64,000 bases of DNA, taken from positions 9,225 through 73,224 of the forward strand of contig JBBDIL010000003.1 of NCBI GenBank assembly GCA_040880425.1, read 5' to 3'. The translations under genes and the position numbers were made by a program. The stretch comes from Burkholderiales bacterium (lineage in GTDB: Bacteria > Pseudomonadota > Gammaproteobacteria > Burkholderiales > Eutrophovitaceae). A model generated the notes under the pieces. It saw only the letters and a list, made by a program, of their open reading frames with translations. It searched no databases and was not told where the DNA came from. This document shows positions 28,468 through 36,851 of the stretch, piece after piece (positions within the stretch are counted from its first letter, which is position 1; every line of letters starts with the position of its first letter).

Positions 28468-29904
28468 ATGAGATCAGGCGGTCAGGTTAACGGCACCGCA
28501 GGAACTTTCGGCCACCGTCTCGTGCTGCCGGCCCTGCCGCAGGTGCTCTATACGCTTGATGTGCCGCGGGATGCGCGCGCACGGCTGGCGCTGAACTGGA
28601 TCGTTCTCGGTCTGGTAGCGTTGATCGGAGCAGGCGTGTTTTCGGCCCTGCTGGTGGCATCGCGCACCCCCTTCGTGCAGAGCGTGTTTCCGCTGGTGGA
28701 CTTCTTCCGGGTTGCGCTGGTGGTGCATGTGGACCTTTCCGTGCTGGTCTGGTTTCTGGCGTTTGCCGGCGCGCTTTGGAGTCTGAACAGTACCCGGCGC
28801 TGGATGCCGCTGGGCTGGACTGCGCTTGCCGCCTGCGCCCTTGCCACACTGATGATGGTGATCGCACCGTTTGTCGGTCAGCCGGTGCCCATCATGAGCA
28901 ACTACATCCCGGTGCTCGACAGCCCGCTGTTTCGATGGTCACTGGTGGTGTTCGCCGCAGGGGTGGCGGCGGTTCTGCTGCGCGGCATGGGCGCGGTCCC
29001 CAAGGTGGGTGCGCAACTGGACGGAGCCGGCGTGCTGCGTTTCGGGCTGAACGCCGCGGCGATTTCAGCGGCGGTTGCGCTGGGCGCGTTCATCTGGTCC
29101 TGGCTCGCAGTGCCGCCGGCGCTCGACGGCAAGGCCTACTACGAATTGCTGTTCTGGGGCGGCGGCCACGTGCTGCAGTTCACCTGGACGCTGCTCATGT
29201 TCGCCGCATGGCTGTGGCTCGCCGGCGAAGGCGGTTGCCCGATTCCGCTCACGCCCCGCGTGACACTGCTGCTGTTCGCCATCACGCTCGCAATCGTGTT
29301 TCTGACTCCGGTGATCTATCTTGCGCACGACGTTACTTCAGTCGAGCATCACAAGCTGTTCACCTGGCAGATGCGCTTCGGCGGCGGGCTGACAATCCTG
29401 CCGATGGCGCTCGCGGTGGTGATTGCGCTGGCGCGCGCCGCGCCGGCCCGTGCCGAGGAGAAACCGCTGCGTGCGGCGCTGATCATGTCGCTCGCTCTGT
29501 TCGCCTTTGGAGGCCTGATCGGTGTGGGCATCGACGGCTCGAATGTGAAAGTCCCGGCGCATTATCACGGCAGCATCGTCGGCGTAACACTCGCGTTCAT
29601 GGGCGTGGTCTATCTCCTGCTGCCGCGCCTGGGGTTTGCGTCCCCGCCTTCGCGCGCTGCCGCACTGCAATGCTGGCTCTACGGTGCGGGGCAGATGCTG
29701 CATATCACCGGGCTGGTGTGGTCCGGCGGCTACGGCGTGCAGCGCAAGGTCGCAGGAGCGGAGCAAGGCCTGGATGCGATCGAGAAGATTGCGGGCATGG
29801 CACTGATGGGTTTCGGCGGCCTCGTCGCCGTGATCGGAGGACTGATGTTCCTGGTGATCGTGCTGCGCGTGCTGGCGCGCGGACGTACGGGTGCGCCACG
29901 GTAG
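28468..29904 (+). CDS. orphan haem-copper-oxidase subunit I-like protein (12-TM core, no cognate subunit II)
   Basis: All six canonical HCO His present: H87 (VVHVD), H234 (GGGHVLQF), H294/H295 (VEHHK), H365/H367 (VPAHYHGSIVGVTLAF, compare VPGHFHATVVVGTTLAF in the 570-aa subunit I); Phe, not Tyr, at His234+4; GGGGGAG SD. Confidence 0.7.
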   Translation: MRSGGQVNGTAGTFGHRLVLPALPQVLYTLDVPRDARARLALNWIVLGLVALIGAGVFSALLVASRTPFVQSVFPLVDFFRVALVVHVDLSVLVWFLAFAGALWSLNSTRRWMPLGWTALAACALATLMMVIAPFVGQPVPIMSNYIPVLDSPLFRWSLVVFAAGVAAVLLRGMGAVPKVGAQLDGAGVLRFGLNAAAISAAVALGAFIWSWLAVPPALDGKAYYELLFWGGGHVLQFTWTLLMFAAWLWLAGEGGCPIPLTPRVTLLLFAITLAIVFLTPVIYLAHDVTSVEHHKLFTWQMRFGGGLTILPMALAVVIALARAAPARAEEKPLRAALIMSLALFAFGGLIGVGIDGSNVKVPAHYHGSIVGVTLAFMGVVYLLLPRLGFASPPSRAAALQCWLYGAGQMLHITGLVWSGGYGVQRKVAGAEQGLDAIEKIAGMALMGFGGLVAVIGGLMFLVIVLRVLARGRTGAPR

Positions 29905-29928
29905 CGGGCGCGGGTGCGGTGGCGTGAC

Positions 29929-30369
29929 ATGACGACGAACCCGGATCTCCCTCTGGTGTATTCCTGCTCTGGATACTCGAGCGCGGCGCAGATGGCGAAC
30001 TACCTCGCGCTCCGGCTGGATCGTATCGGTGCGGCGGAAATGTCGTGCATCGCGGGCGTGGGCGGCGCCGTGCCGCATCTGGTCCGGATCGCACGATCCG
30101 GACGACCGATCGTGGCGATCGACGGTTGCCAGCTGGTGTGCACGGCGAGCTGCCTCGGTCGGCAAGGCCTGCAGCCGGTACTGCACCGCGTCCTGTCCGA
30201 CCACGGTGTGCGCAAGCGCTATCACACCGAATTCGACGAGCGGGAAGCGCAGCGCCTGCTGTCGGAACTGCTGCCGGCGGTCGAACACGCGCGCCGCGGC
30301 GCACGGGAATTGCCGGCGCTCCCCGGCGGCGCGGGCGCAGACGGCGGCGCACCGGGCGGGCATCGGTGA
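29929..30369 (+). CDS. DGC-domain putative metal-binding protein
   Basis: 'VYSCSGYSSAAQ...', 'AIDGCQLVC' DGC motif; GTGA overlap with ubiU. Confidence 0.6.
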   Translation: MTTNPDLPLVYSCSGYSSAAQMANYLALRLDRIGAAEMSCIAGVGGAVPHLVRIARSGRPIVAIDGCQLVCTASCLGRQGLQPVLHRVLSDHGVRKRYHTEFDEREAQRLLSELLPAVEHARRGARELPALPGGAGADGGAPGGHR

Positions 30370-31379
30370 GCGGGCGCGCGCCCATCGAACTGGTCTGCCC
30401 CGCCGGCAGCCTGGCCGCGCTCAAGGCCGCGGTCGACGCCGGTGCCGACTGCGTGTATCTCGGTTTTCGCGACGACACGAACGCGCGCAACTTCAAGGGT
30501 CTGAACCTGGACGCGGCGGATCTTGCGGACGGATTGCGCTACGCGCACGCGCGCGGCCGGCGCGTGTTCGTGGCGATCAACACCTATGCGCAGGCGGGCG
30601 CCTTCGAGCGCTGGTGCCAGGCAGTCGACCGGGCGGCGCAGCTCGGTGCCGATGCGGTGATTCTGGCCGACCCTGCGCTGCTGCAGTACGCCGCTTCGGC
30701 ACAACCGGATCTGCGCCGGCACCTGTCGGTGCAGGGTTCGGCCACCACGTACGAGGCGATCAACTTCTACCGCAGACAGTTCGGCGTGTGCCGCGCTGTG
30801 CTGCCACGTGTGCTGGCGCTGCCGCAGATCGAGAAGCTGATGCAGCATGCCGAAACGGAGATCGAGGTGTTCGGCTTCGGCAGCCTGTGCGTGATGGTGG
30901 AAGGCCGCTGCGCGCTGTCGTCCTACGTCACCGGGCAGTCGCCGAATACGGCAGGCGCGTGTTCCCCGGCTGGCGCGGTACGCTGGCAGCAGACGCCGCG
31001 GGGCCTGGAATCGCGGCTCTCGGATGTGCTGATCAACTGCTATGCCGACGGCGAAAAGGCCGCGTATCCGACGCTGTGCAAGGGGCGCTATCGCGTCGAC
31101 GACGACGTCTACTACGCGATCGAGGAGCCGGCCAGCCTGAACACGCTCGCGCTGCTGCCGGAATTGCTGCGCATCGGCGTCTCGGCGATCAAGATCGAAG
31201 GCCGCCAGCGCAGCGTGGCCTATGTGGCGGAAGTCACGCGTACCTGGCGCGCGGCGATCGACGTTTGTGCCGCCGATCCCGCACGTTTCGCGCCGCGCGG
31301 CGCCTGGATGTCGCAGCTCGACCGGCTGGCCGAGGGCCAGCAGCACACGCTCGGTGCGTACCACCGGCCATGGCGGTGA
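30366..31379 (+). CDS. ubiU: U32-family protein UbiU (O2-independent ubiquinone hydroxylation)
   Basis: 'IELVCPAGSLAALKAAVDAGADCVYLGFRDDTNARNF' peptidase-U32 N-terminus, Cys cluster (CVMVEGRCALSS...C); followed by ubiV and an SCP2 gene; start set at GTG 30366. Confidence 0.75.
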   Translation: MSGRAPIELVCPAGSLAALKAAVDAGADCVYLGFRDDTNARNFKGLNLDAADLADGLRYAHARGRRVFVAINTYAQAGAFERWCQAVDRAAQLGADAVILADPALLQYAASAQPDLRRHLSVQGSATTYEAINFYRRQFGVCRAVLPRVLALPQIEKLMQHAETEIEVFGFGSLCVMVEGRCALSSYVTGQSPNTAGACSPAGAVRWQQTPRGLESRLSDVLINCYADGEKAAYPTLCKGRYRVDDDVYYAIEEPASLNTLALLPELLRIGVSAIKIEGRQRSVAYVAEVTRTWRAAIDVCAADPARFAPRGAWMSQLDRLAEGQQHTLGAYHRPWR

Positions 31380-31383
31380 CGCG

Positions 31384-32286
31384 GTGAAACTCGCGCTCGG
31401 ACCGCTGCTGTACTACTGGCCCCGCGACGCGGTGTTCGCTTTCTACGAGCGTGTCTCCCGGGCGCCGGTGGACATCGTCTATCTCGGTGAAGTCGTCTGC
31501 TCGCGTCGGCGCGAGCTGCGCATGCAGGACTTGATGGAGATTGCGGACGGACTGGCGCGTGCCGGCAAACAGGTGGTGCTTTCCACGCTGGCCCTGCCCG
31601 AGACCGACGCCGACCTGCGCCAGGTAAAGAAGGTGTGCGACAACAGCCGCCACGTGGTCGAGGCGAACGACATGGCGGCGGTCCACATGCTTTCACGCGC
31701 CGGGACCGCATTCGTCTCGGGACCGCACGTCAACGTCTACAACGGGCCCACCCTCAGGCTGCTGAGCGGACTCGGAGCCGAGCGCTGGGTCATGCCGCTG
31801 GAGCTGGCGTCGGACGCGCTCGCGGCGATCCTGCGCGACCGGCCGGAAGGCATGGAAACCGAGGTGTTCGTGCTCGGACGCATGCCGCTTGCGTTCTCGG
31901 CGCGATGCTTCACCGCACGCCATTACGATCGCGCCAAGGACGACTGCGGTTTCATGTGCCGGGATCACCCGGACGGTCTCGCTTTGCAGACACGCGAGCG
32001 TTCGCCCTTCCTCGTATTGAACGGCATCCAGACCCAGTCGTGGCGCGTGTACAACCTCGCGCGCGAACTACCGGCGCTCGCCGCAGCCGGTGTGGACGTG
32101 GTGCGCATCAGCCCGCAGTCAGTCGATACCATCGAGTTGCTGGAATGCGTGCGTGCGATGCTCGACCGGAATCCGGTGCCGGAGGGGCAGCTCGCGCATC
32201 TGGACGCATTGCTGCCGGCGGAAAGCTGTAACGGTTACTGGCACGGGCTGCCCGGCATGACGCGTGCGCCGGCAGAACCGGCATGA
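31384..32286 (+). CDS. ubiV: U32-family protein UbiV
   Basis: 'KLALGPLLYYWPRDAVFAFYERV...VDIVYLGEVVCSRRRE' YhbV-like; partner of ubiU; start set at GTG 31384. Confidence 0.75.
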   Translation: MKLALGPLLYYWPRDAVFAFYERVSRAPVDIVYLGEVVCSRRRELRMQDLMEIADGLARAGKQVVLSTLALPETDADLRQVKKVCDNSRHVVEANDMAAVHMLSRAGTAFVSGPHVNVYNGPTLRLLSGLGAERWVMPLELASDALAAILRDRPEGMETEVFVLGRMPLAFSARCFTARHYDRAKDDCGFMCRDHPDGLALQTRERSPFLVLNGIQTQSWRVYNLARELPALAAAGVDVVRISPQSVDTIELLECVRAMLDRNPVPEGQLAHLDALLPAESCNGYWHGLPGMTRAPAEPA

Positions 32287-32777
32287 GTTTCTTCCCGCTG
32301 CCGTTTCCATCGTCTCTCGTCGACGCACGGGCGATGATCTCTTCGCTTGCCGGCCTGCCGGGTTCGCTGGCGCTCGTGACTGCATTGAACGTCGCCTTCG
32401 AGAGATTTCCGGAGGGACTCGATTCTCTGGAGGGTAAGCGCGTGTGCATGCATACGACCGATCTGGGATTGCGCGCCTATCTCACACTCCGCGGCCAGGC
32501 GTTCGTGGTCTGCCACCCGGTATCGGATCCGGATGTCCTGATCCGGGCAAGTGCGGCGGACTTTTTTCGACTCGCGAGCCGAAAAGCGGACGCCGACACG
32601 CTGTTCTTCGCGCGTCGCCTGCTGATCGAAGGCGACACCGAGGCAGGACTCCTGCTGAAGAATGCGCTGGATGCGCTTGACCTGGCCCGGCTGCTGCACA
32701 ATCCGCCTGCTCTGCATCGGCTTCTGGCGGTGCTCCGCGCAAGCTTCCGCGGTCCGGCTGTCAAACCCTGGAGCTAA
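32283..32777 (+). CDS. ubiT: SCP2 domain protein UbiT (ubiquinone biosynthesis accessory factor)
   Basis: SCP2 sterol-carrier pattern ('IRASAADFFRLASRKADADTLFFARRLLIEGDTEAGLLLKNALD'); ATGA overlap with ubiV. Confidence 0.7.
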   Translation: MSFFPLPFPSSLVDARAMISSLAGLPGSLALVTALNVAFERFPEGLDSLEGKRVCMHTTDLGLRAYLTLRGQAFVVCHPVSDPDVLIRASAADFFRLASRKADADTLFFARRLLIEGDTEAGLLLKNALDALDLARLLHNPPALHRLLAVLRASFRGPAVKPWS

Positions 32778-32947
32778 GAGGTTCCGATCAGAGAAAAGGT
32801 CAGCAGCGCGGCGCCGAGAATGATCGCAAAGAAGACGATGTCACGATGCTTCAAACGCGCGCCGCGTTTGCGTTCGATCCGGTCGAGCAGCCAGTCGGAA
32901 AAGAAATACAGACCGATGCCGATCAGAGTGAAGTAGACGAGCTCCAT
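32774..32947 (-). CDS. possible small two-TM membrane protein (57 aa; below the ORF-track cutoff)
   Basis: Manual translation: MELVYFTLIGIGLYFFSDWLLDRIERKRGARLKHRDIVFFAIILGAALLTFSLIGTS*; two hydrophobic helices around a basic loop. Confidence 0.35.
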   Translation of the reverse strand: MELVYFTLIGIGLYFFSDWLLDRIERKRGARLKHRDIVFFAIILGAALLTFSLIGTS

Positions 32948-32983
32948 CGATTAGTCCGTAATTGCGCGCCTGCGGGAGAGGTC

Positions 32984-33056
32984 CATCCCCGGGGCGGGGG
33001 AAGTCCGAAGGGGTGTGTCGCCCCGGGGATGAAAGGCGGGAGGAGACATTCCCGCC
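32984..33056 (-). terminator. GC-rich hairpins downstream of the 166-aa gene (possible terminator)
   Basis: 11-bp inverted repeat CATCCCCGGGG/CCCCGGGGATG (32984..32994 / 33021..33031) and stem GGCGGGA/TCCCGCC (33035..33056) with a short TTTC tail on the minus strand. Confidence 0.3.
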
Positions 33057-33068
33057 CGTCCTCATTGA

Positions 33069-33569
33069 TCAATCTTTCGGGAGTTTGAAGCCGGGGTGAT
33101 CGAAGTAGGCTGCGTAGTTGTGTAGTGCGTGTACTACCGTAACTGCGCCATCCCTTTGCCCCGGGCCCGACTGCTCTCCTTTCATGGCCCTTGTTCCCTG
33201 CATGATATCGGCGAGCACGAGGTGCAGCATGCCATCCGCGTCCGCCGGTAGCTTGCAGTTCTTGAATATATAGGCGATGTCCTCGTCGATTGTCTTTCCC
33301 AGAGCAGCGTAGTCGGCCCCACCCAACCTGTCGTCATGGATTGCCGGAAGCTTGGCATTGACTGCATTGCGAATGCGAGTCATGGCCAATCTCAATGGAG
33401 CATCGGTTTGCCACTTCTTGCCATCGTCCAGAACAAGCCTGCCATGGTCGGCATCGTGCCGATGTTCGTCCGCGGCGTGTCCCGTAGCGAACTGCGTCCA
33501 TATAAATGAAACCAGGACCAGCATCAACATCAGGCCGAGGAACCGGTAAAGCGTGTACATGGGATTCAT
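33069..33569 (-). CDS. hypothetical exported/anchored protein with His-rich segment
   Basis: N-terminal TM/signal anchor, 'HAADEHRHDADHG'; sits at the downstream (3') end of the MacAB-like exporter genes on the same strand. Confidence 0.5.
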   Translation of the reverse strand: MNPMYTLYRFLGLMLMLVLVSFIWTQFATGHAADEHRHDADHGRLVLDDGKKWQTDAPLRLAMTRIRNAVNAKLPAIHDDRLGGADYAALGKTIDEDIAYIFKNCKLPADADGMLHLVLADIMQGTRAMKGEQSGPGQRDGAVTVVHALHNYAAYFDHPGFKLPKD

Positions 33570-33730
33570 GGAATGTTCCTAATTTGCGGAAAACAAACTC
33601 CACAGCAGCTAAGCGGTTGATGACAAGTTTTTTCCAAAATATCCTCAACGGCTGCGGGAGACCTTGATATGTGTTAAGAAACTGGAGCCATGACACGAAT
33701 TGGTTTACGCCTGATGAAGGGAGTGCTGAT

Positions 33731-34462
33731 TCATCCGAAGCCGCGTCCTTCGCCGGCCTCCTCGAAAGTCTTGCCGTCGCGGATGTGATACAGGCGCTTG
33801 AAAGTCGGGATGATCTTCTCGTCGTGGGTGACGACAATGATCGCTGTGCGATATTGGCTCGCAAGCTGATTGAGGATACGGATGACCGTTAGGGCTCGCT
33901 CGCTATCGAGCGGTGCCGTCGGCTCATCGGCGAGGATCACGGGCGGCCTGTTGGCGAGCGCGCGGGCAATGGCGACGCGCTGTTGTTCGCCGCCCGACAA
34001 CTCGACGATCCGGGCGGCAGCGCGATGCGCCACGTCGAGTGCGCCCAGTATCTCCAGCGCGCGTCGCCGCGCATCGCCGTTTGCCATCCCCGCCAGCATC
34101 GGCAGCAATGCCACGTTATCGGTCGCGTTGAGAAACGGGATCAGATAGGGGGCCTGGAAGATGAAACCGATGCGATCGCGTCTAAGCGCGCGCAGGTCGC
34201 TGATCTTCCATCCGTTGTCGTAAATGGCTTCCCCGTCGAGGATCATTCTTCCGGCGCTCGGTTCGATCACTGCACCGAGGCACTTGAGCAAGGTGGTTTT
34301 TCCGGAACCGCTCGGCCCGATCAGCCCGACGACCTCACCCGCCAGGATTTCCATGTTTACGTCGTTGAGAGCGTTCACGGCGGTATCGCCGGAACCGTAG
34401 CGCTTCGACAGGTTCTCGATGCGGATCGCGGGACGTGAAGTGGGAAACACCATGGGCCTCAA
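33731..34462 (-). CDS. ABC transporter ATP-binding protein (MacB/LolD family)
   Basis: Walker A 'GPSGSGKTT', 'LSGGEQQRVAIARAL', 'ILADEPT'. Confidence 0.85.
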   Translation of the reverse strand: MRPMVFPTSRPAIRIENLSKRYGSGDTAVNALNDVNMEILAGEVVGLIGPSGSGKTTLLKCLGAVIEPSAGRMILDGEAIYDNGWKISDLRALRRDRIGFIFQAPYLIPFLNATDNVALLPMLAGMANGDARRRALEILGALDVAHRAAARIVELSGGEQQRVAIARALANRPPVILADEPTAPLDSERALTVIRILNQLASQYRTAIIVVTHDEKIIPTFKRLYHIRDGKTFEEAGEGRGFG

Positions 34463-35652
34463 CCGCCTATTGCAGTGGCAGGGTCGACGCGCAGTGCCGC
34501 GCGGATCGCGAGCAGACTTGCTGCCGCGCAGATCACCATTACCGCTACCAGGCCGCGCACTGTGTCTTCAGGTACAAGCAGCACGTACTTCGGAAAAACA
34601 GGTGCCCATAGCGTTGCCGCGGTTTTCCCAATCATGAAGCCGAGCACCCCGAGGCCTAGTGCCTCCTGGAGAATCATCCCCGCAATGGTGCGGTTCTTCG
34701 TGCCGATCAGTTTCAGCACGGCGATCTCCTTTATCTTGTTCAGCGTCATCGTATAAATGATGAAAGACACGATCGCCGCGCTGACCACCGCGAGGATCAC
34801 CAGAAACAACCCGATCTGGCGTGCCGAAGTGGCGATCAGTTTTGCCACCAGAATCTCCTCCATCTGCACCCGTGTGTACGCCTGCAGGCGTTTCCAACGC
34901 ATGATTTCCACGCCGACTGCATCGGCTTTCCACCCCGGGGCAACGCGCACCAGCACAGCATTGACGTTGCTGCTTTTCACCTGGCTTTCCTGGATTGCTT
35001 CGAGCAGTCCCGGAACGCCGGGGCGATTGAGCTCCGGATTTGCCTCGGTACGGGCCCGCTCGTTGTGGATTGAGTCGCTGTCCTTGAGAAACTGCGCTTC
35101 CTGCGCGTCCCTGAGGGGAATAAACAGCATCGGATCGCCGGCAGAGGACACCATACGGCGTGTGAGTCCCACCACCGTGTACTCGTGGCGACGGATGCGC
35201 ACGCGCTCACCAATTCGGAAGCCGGTAGTGACGTCGGCGATCGCCTCGTAATGCGCGCGCGTAATGCGTCTGCCGGCAACGAGATAGGACGGTTCGCCGG
35301 GTCGGTCGCGCTCGAAGCCGACCACCATTGCGCGCACGTCCTCGGCGCCGCGCTGCACCTGCATGGTCAGATAGGTGACGTTGCCGGCTGCGGCGACGCC
35401 CGGCAGGCCGAGCAGGCTGCGGTACACGTCGTCGCGGATAGTGGACGGTTCGGCATATGGCCCAAGTGTCCCTTGCTGAACCACCCAGATATCTGCGCCA
35501 CTGTTGTGCAGCAGCACTTTTGCGTCGTCCACCATGCCGCGATATACGCCCGCCATGGTGAGTGTGGTACCGATCAGCAGTCCGAGTCCGATGGCCGTGA
35601 GAACGTATCTGCCCCAGGCATGAAGAATGTCCCGGCTCGCGAGGTTGATCAT
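34459..35652 (-). CDS. ABC transporter permease (FtsX/MacB type)
   Basis: TM1, large periplasmic domain, 3 C-terminal TM; ATGA-type overlaps with neighbours. Confidence 0.8.
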   Translation of the reverse strand: MINLASRDILHAWGRYVLTAIGLGLLIGTTLTMAGVYRGMVDDAKVLLHNSGADIWVVQQGTLGPYAEPSTIRDDVYRSLLGLPGVAAAGNVTYLTMQVQRGAEDVRAMVVGFERDRPGEPSYLVAGRRITRAHYEAIADVTTGFRIGERVRIRRHEYTVVGLTRRMVSSAGDPMLFIPLRDAQEAQFLKDSDSIHNERARTEANPELNRPGVPGLLEAIQESQVKSSNVNAVLVRVAPGWKADAVGVEIMRWKRLQAYTRVQMEEILVAKLIATSARQIGLFLVILAVVSAAIVSFIIYTMTLNKIKEIAVLKLIGTKNRTIAGMILQEALGLGVLGFMIGKTAATLWAPVFPKYVLLVPEDTVRGLVAVMVICAAASLLAIRAALRVDPATAIGG

Positions 35653-36851
35653 CGCGCGGCCCGCGTTCCGGGCAGGCCTGGGACTGAAAGCAGCTTGTCG
35701 ACCTTCACTTTCTGCCCCGCGGACAGTTCCAGCGGACTGTAGAGCACGACTTCATCGTTCGCTGCGAGCCCGCTTAGTACCTGGGTGCGCCCGTCCAGTG
35801 TCCGCACTCCTGTGCTAATCGGAACGAAGTGCGTCCGTCCGTCACGGATCTGCCACACGCCGTGCTGTCCGTCTGCCCGGGCGAGTGCGGCGCTCGGAAT
35901 CCAGACCGCATCCTGCACCGCCGGCAGCCGGACGGTTACTTCCGCCAGGTCGCCGAGGGGCACTCCTGCCGGTCGACCGTCGAATGCGATGTTTACCATG
36001 CGTTCTTCCGTTACCGGATCGCCCGCCTCTTCTATTCGCGCCACGTGTCCTTGCAGCGTCGCCGATGGCCGCGAACGCAATGCGATCTCTGCCGCGTGGC
36101 CGACCGCTATGCCCTCGGCACGGCCCTGATCGATGCGCGCTCGAACCCAGTAGCTTTCGGGTTGCACCATGCGCAGCACGGCCTGACCCGGCACCACGGT
36201 GCTGCCGGGTTCGACGTCGCGGGCGATAACCAGGCTATCAGCGGGACTCTTGAGCAGGAGATCGCCGCGTAGTCGAGACAACCCTTTGTGCTCAGCTGTT
36301 ACACGCGACAGATCGCGTTGCGCTGCCGCCAACTGAGCGCGTGCACTCGCGACGGCCGAAATGGCTGCGGCAGCATCGTGCTGTCTCGCATCGACCGCCT
36401 CGGCGCTTACGAAGCCGACAAGGCCGAGTTCAGCGTATCGTTTGGCGCTGGCTTCTGCCATTTGCCTGCGGCTCTGCGCCTCGTGCAGGCTGGCTGCCGC
36501 CGCGTCAACATTATGCGCGGCGCGCTGCCGCGCAAACTCCGCAGCAGCCAGACGCATGTCGAAATCTACCGCATCCATCTCGGCGACGACCTGACCGGCG
36601 CGGACCCGGTCGCCCTGGTCAACAAAGATGTGCTTTACGCGCCCGGGCTGCGTCGGGCCAACAGCGTAGGCATAGCGTGCCTCCACAACCCCGATACCGA
36701 AAATCTCGGGCTGCAAAGTCCCCTGTGCGGCACTTGCCGTCCCTACGCGCACGGTCGCCATCGGTCCCTGCGTGACAACGACCCAAAGAAAGCCTGCCAT
36801 TACCGCGGCCAGCACGCCGAACAGCGATAGTTTTTGCGCGCGGGCGTTCAT
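35649..36851 (-). CDS. efflux periplasmic adaptor (HlyD/MFP family)
   Basis: Signal anchor, coiled coil, barrel-sandwich motifs. Confidence 0.8.
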   Translation of the reverse strand: MNARAQKLSLFGVLAAVMAGFLWVVVTQGPMATVRVGTASAAQGTLQPEIFGIGVVEARYAYAVGPTQPGRVKHIFVDQGDRVRAGQVVAEMDAVDFDMRLAAAEFARQRAAHNVDAAAASLHEAQSRRQMAEASAKRYAELGLVGFVSAEAVDARQHDAAAAISAVASARAQLAAAQRDLSRVTAEHKGLSRLRGDLLLKSPADSLVIARDVEPGSTVVPGQAVLRMVQPESYWVRARIDQGRAEGIAVGHAAEIALRSRPSATLQGHVARIEEAGDPVTEERMVNIAFDGRPAGVPLGDLAEVTVRLPAVQDAVWIPSAALARADGQHGVWQIRDGRTHFVPISTGVRTLDGRTQVLSGLAANDEVVLYSPLELSAGQKVKVDKLLSVPGLPGTRAAR

